A DNA stretch of 48,359 bases from Octopus bimaculoides (Eukaryota). The stretch spans positions 4,039,674 through 4,088,032 of the forward strand of contig NC_069007.1 in NCBI RefSeq assembly GCF_001194135.2. The letters are read 5' to 3'. Made by a program: the position numbers and the translations under genes. Positions 45,791-48,359 of the stretch are shown here, in pieces; within the stretch, counting starts at the first letter, position 1; every line of letters starts with the position of its first letter. The notes beneath the pieces are model-generated. The model ran no database searches. It was not told the origin of the DNA and saw only the letters and a program-made list of their open reading frames with translations.

Positions 45791-46653
45791 TGCCAAAGAC
45801 ACATGTGGTCGGGCATTGTCTTGTTAGAACACTACCCCTGTTGGCAATCACCAGCCGCAATTCTTTGATTTTTTGGTTCAAAATAGCTAGCTGACGACAG
45901 AGCACACACACACATGCAAGCACACACACACACACACATACACACACACACACACACAAAGCATACGATGGGCTTCTTTCAGTTTCTTTCAAACAAAGGA
46001 TCTCACAAGTACTGCGCTGTGGGACTGAACCCATGACCACATGGTAGGTGGTGGGAAAGCAATCCTCTTACCCATACAACCACGCCTCTGTCTATATTAA
46101 TAAACAAAATAAAGCAAACAATTATTAATTAGGATTGAACTCATTAGAGAATTTTTATTTTATAAAAAGAAGTGTATAATTATATTTCGGTGGTGTTAGT
46201 TTTCTTTGGTTCTCCAAGAAAGACCATTTCTGTCAGCCAACTAACGTCGATGCCGTCCATACGATTTAATATTCATTACGTCACTTAATCATGAAACCTT
46301 CTTTGTTCTCTCATCCTCCTCGACTGCACCCATTTTCAGATCCTGATGTTACGGATCCGCAGTAAATGAAAAGGAGAAAAATCAAAATTAATACACAAGA
46401 TAGATTACAGGAAAAAGATTATTAAGGTTTGGAAGTGGGAGCACTGCTTAATTAAGGACTGCTTCATGAGTTCAAATCGTTGTTTAGAGTTTGATAGAAA
46501 ACAAGACTCAGATCAGTGACAGACAGTATGAATGAAAGAAAGAGAGAGGAAGAAAGATACAAGAGACATTGGGAAAAAAATGATTGAAATATAAAAAAGA
46601 AACAATATAGAAGTTAAAAAGAATGGAATCTGCAAATGAAATACAGAATGAAT

Positions 46654-46663
46654 GAAAACCTAA

Positions 46664-46728
<65 letters not shown>

Positions 46729-47050
46729 TAATAATAATAATAAGACTAAAACAATACCTATTGTCATAGGTGCCCTAGGAATGACAGCGAAACGTGCTGA
46801 TTACTACCTAGCTCAGATACCAGGAAACCCCAAAATGGCTGAAATTCAAAAGATAGTGCTCATGGGAACTGNNNNNNNNNNNNNNNNNNNNNNNNNNNNN
46901 NNNNNNNNNNNNNNNNNNNNNNNNNNNNNNNNNNNNNNNNNNNNNNNNNNNNNNNNNNNNNNNNNNNNNNNNNNNNNNNNNNNNNNNNNNNNNNNNNNNN
47001 NNNNNNNNNNNNNNNNNNNNNNNNNNNNNNNNNNNNNNNNNNNNNNNNNN

Positions 47051-47092
<42 letters not shown>
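46654..47092 (+). mobile_element. 5'-truncated R4/Dong-like element embedded in (TAA)n
   Basis: (AAT)n, then KTKTIPIVIGALGMTAKRADYYLAQIPGNPKMAEIQKIVLMGT (RLE C-terminus), gap, then (AAT)n again. Confidence 0.75.
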
Positions 47093-47097
<5 letters not shown>

Positions 47098-48121
47098 TGT
47101 GGGAGATACAACTATGGAAAGAAAGAAGAGTGTTGTAGTTTGCTTGGACTATTGTGATAGAGAAGTAAAATAACAAATAAGAAAGATGGAGAGCTTTTAA
47201 TAATATGAAAGGAGAAATTGAGTAAGCTAATTATTTCGGGCATATTGGCCCATCATCAGAAGTGAATGGCTTCAAGAAATGTACGTTTATGTAGATCCGA
47301 CCATATTGATTGCTGTTCGGGAATGAATAAAAGCAAATGATATTATAGAAACGCAAAACATTCAAAAATGAACGTAGAAATTTTTGCGTTCCAGTTTAGA
47401 TAAAATGACCTAATCAGCTTTCGCTGTCATAACTGCTCAGAGGAAAAAGAAAGTAGAAGTAGAAAGGAAGATTAATACATAGACAAGTAGTTTCATGTTC
47501 GTGCACACACACACACACGAGTATATATAGTTAAAACAAACCTGTATCAGAAAGAAGCACACTCTAAAAATTAGAGTAGTAATTATTATAACGAAATTTT
47601 ATATCGAGTCATGCAAGGTTTCGCACCCACAAAGGCAAACTCTTGGCAGGAAAAATGAAAAAGTAACGGTAAGGATGAAAATTGTCGAATGTTAAAATAT
47701 GTGTATTAGTAGCAGAGAATTACCATTTACCTTTAGGTTAACAGTACTTCCTGGTACAGCTAACTTTAAAAAATTTACAGATACACAAGTCACAACCACT
47801 TCTGAAAGTCGTAAAGAATCGGTATTTTTTTCCTTTGTAATAACAGCCTGGTTGTTGGTAATTGGGAAGAAAAGAAATGAAAGAAAGATAATCAATAAGA
47901 ATGAGAGAATGAAATCAATAAAACAATGAATGAATGAAAAATAGAAGAAAGAAACATAACAAAACAACTGAAATAAGATAACTGGGCACAGTAGATAAAA
48001 AGAATGGAATTTACAAACGAAATACAGAGTGAATGAAAGAGAGAGGGAAAGAAATAGAGAAAGAAAGAAAGAAATGAAGAAAGATGAAACTACGAAGAGA
48101 AAGAACATTGTAGTTTGTTTG

Positions 48122-48359
48122 AAGTGTTGTAATACAGAAGAAAAAATAACAAATAAGATGGAGAGCTTTTAACAATGTGGAAGTGTTGTGATACAGAAGA
48201 AAAAATAACAAATAAGACGGAGAGCTTTTAACAATGTGGAAGTGTTGTAATACAGAAGAAAAAATAACAAATAAGACGGAGAGCTTTTAACAATGTGGAA
48301 GTGTTGTGATACAGAAGAAAAAATAACAAATAAGACGGAGAGCTTTTAACAATGTGGAA
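48122..48359. repeat. 59-bp tandem repeat, 4 copies, running off the window end
   Basis: aagtgttg recurs at 48122, 48181, 48240 and 48299. Confidence 0.95.

Overview
AT-rich, repeat-dense eukaryotic DNA with many microsatellite-flanked N gaps. The repeat families resemble those I recall from octopus (inference, not a database result). Three spliced genes can be rebuilt by hand, none shown intact in the ORF track. (1) A + strand gene of unknown identity: its last five coding exons lie at 328-4089 and end in a K/R-rich tail. (2) A - strand progranulin: six phase-0 coding exons at 18448->5057, about 372 aa, signal peptide plus four granulin modules. Module 2 has only 10 Cys, lacking the C1/C3 pair. 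A candidate promoter near 24.8 kb has AP-1, ETS, CRE-like and CLEAR/M-box motifs. (3) A - strand gene at 41254->33447, terminal exon probably near 29 kb, encoding a ~106-aa secreted protein with two pacifastin-type modules (P1 Arg and P1 Met) behind a TATA/GATA promoter. The rest is SINEs, RTE, R4/Dong and Penelope relics, mariner, hAT and piggyBac-type MITEs, foldbacks and satellites. Most long ORFs in the track are gap or microsatellite artefacts.
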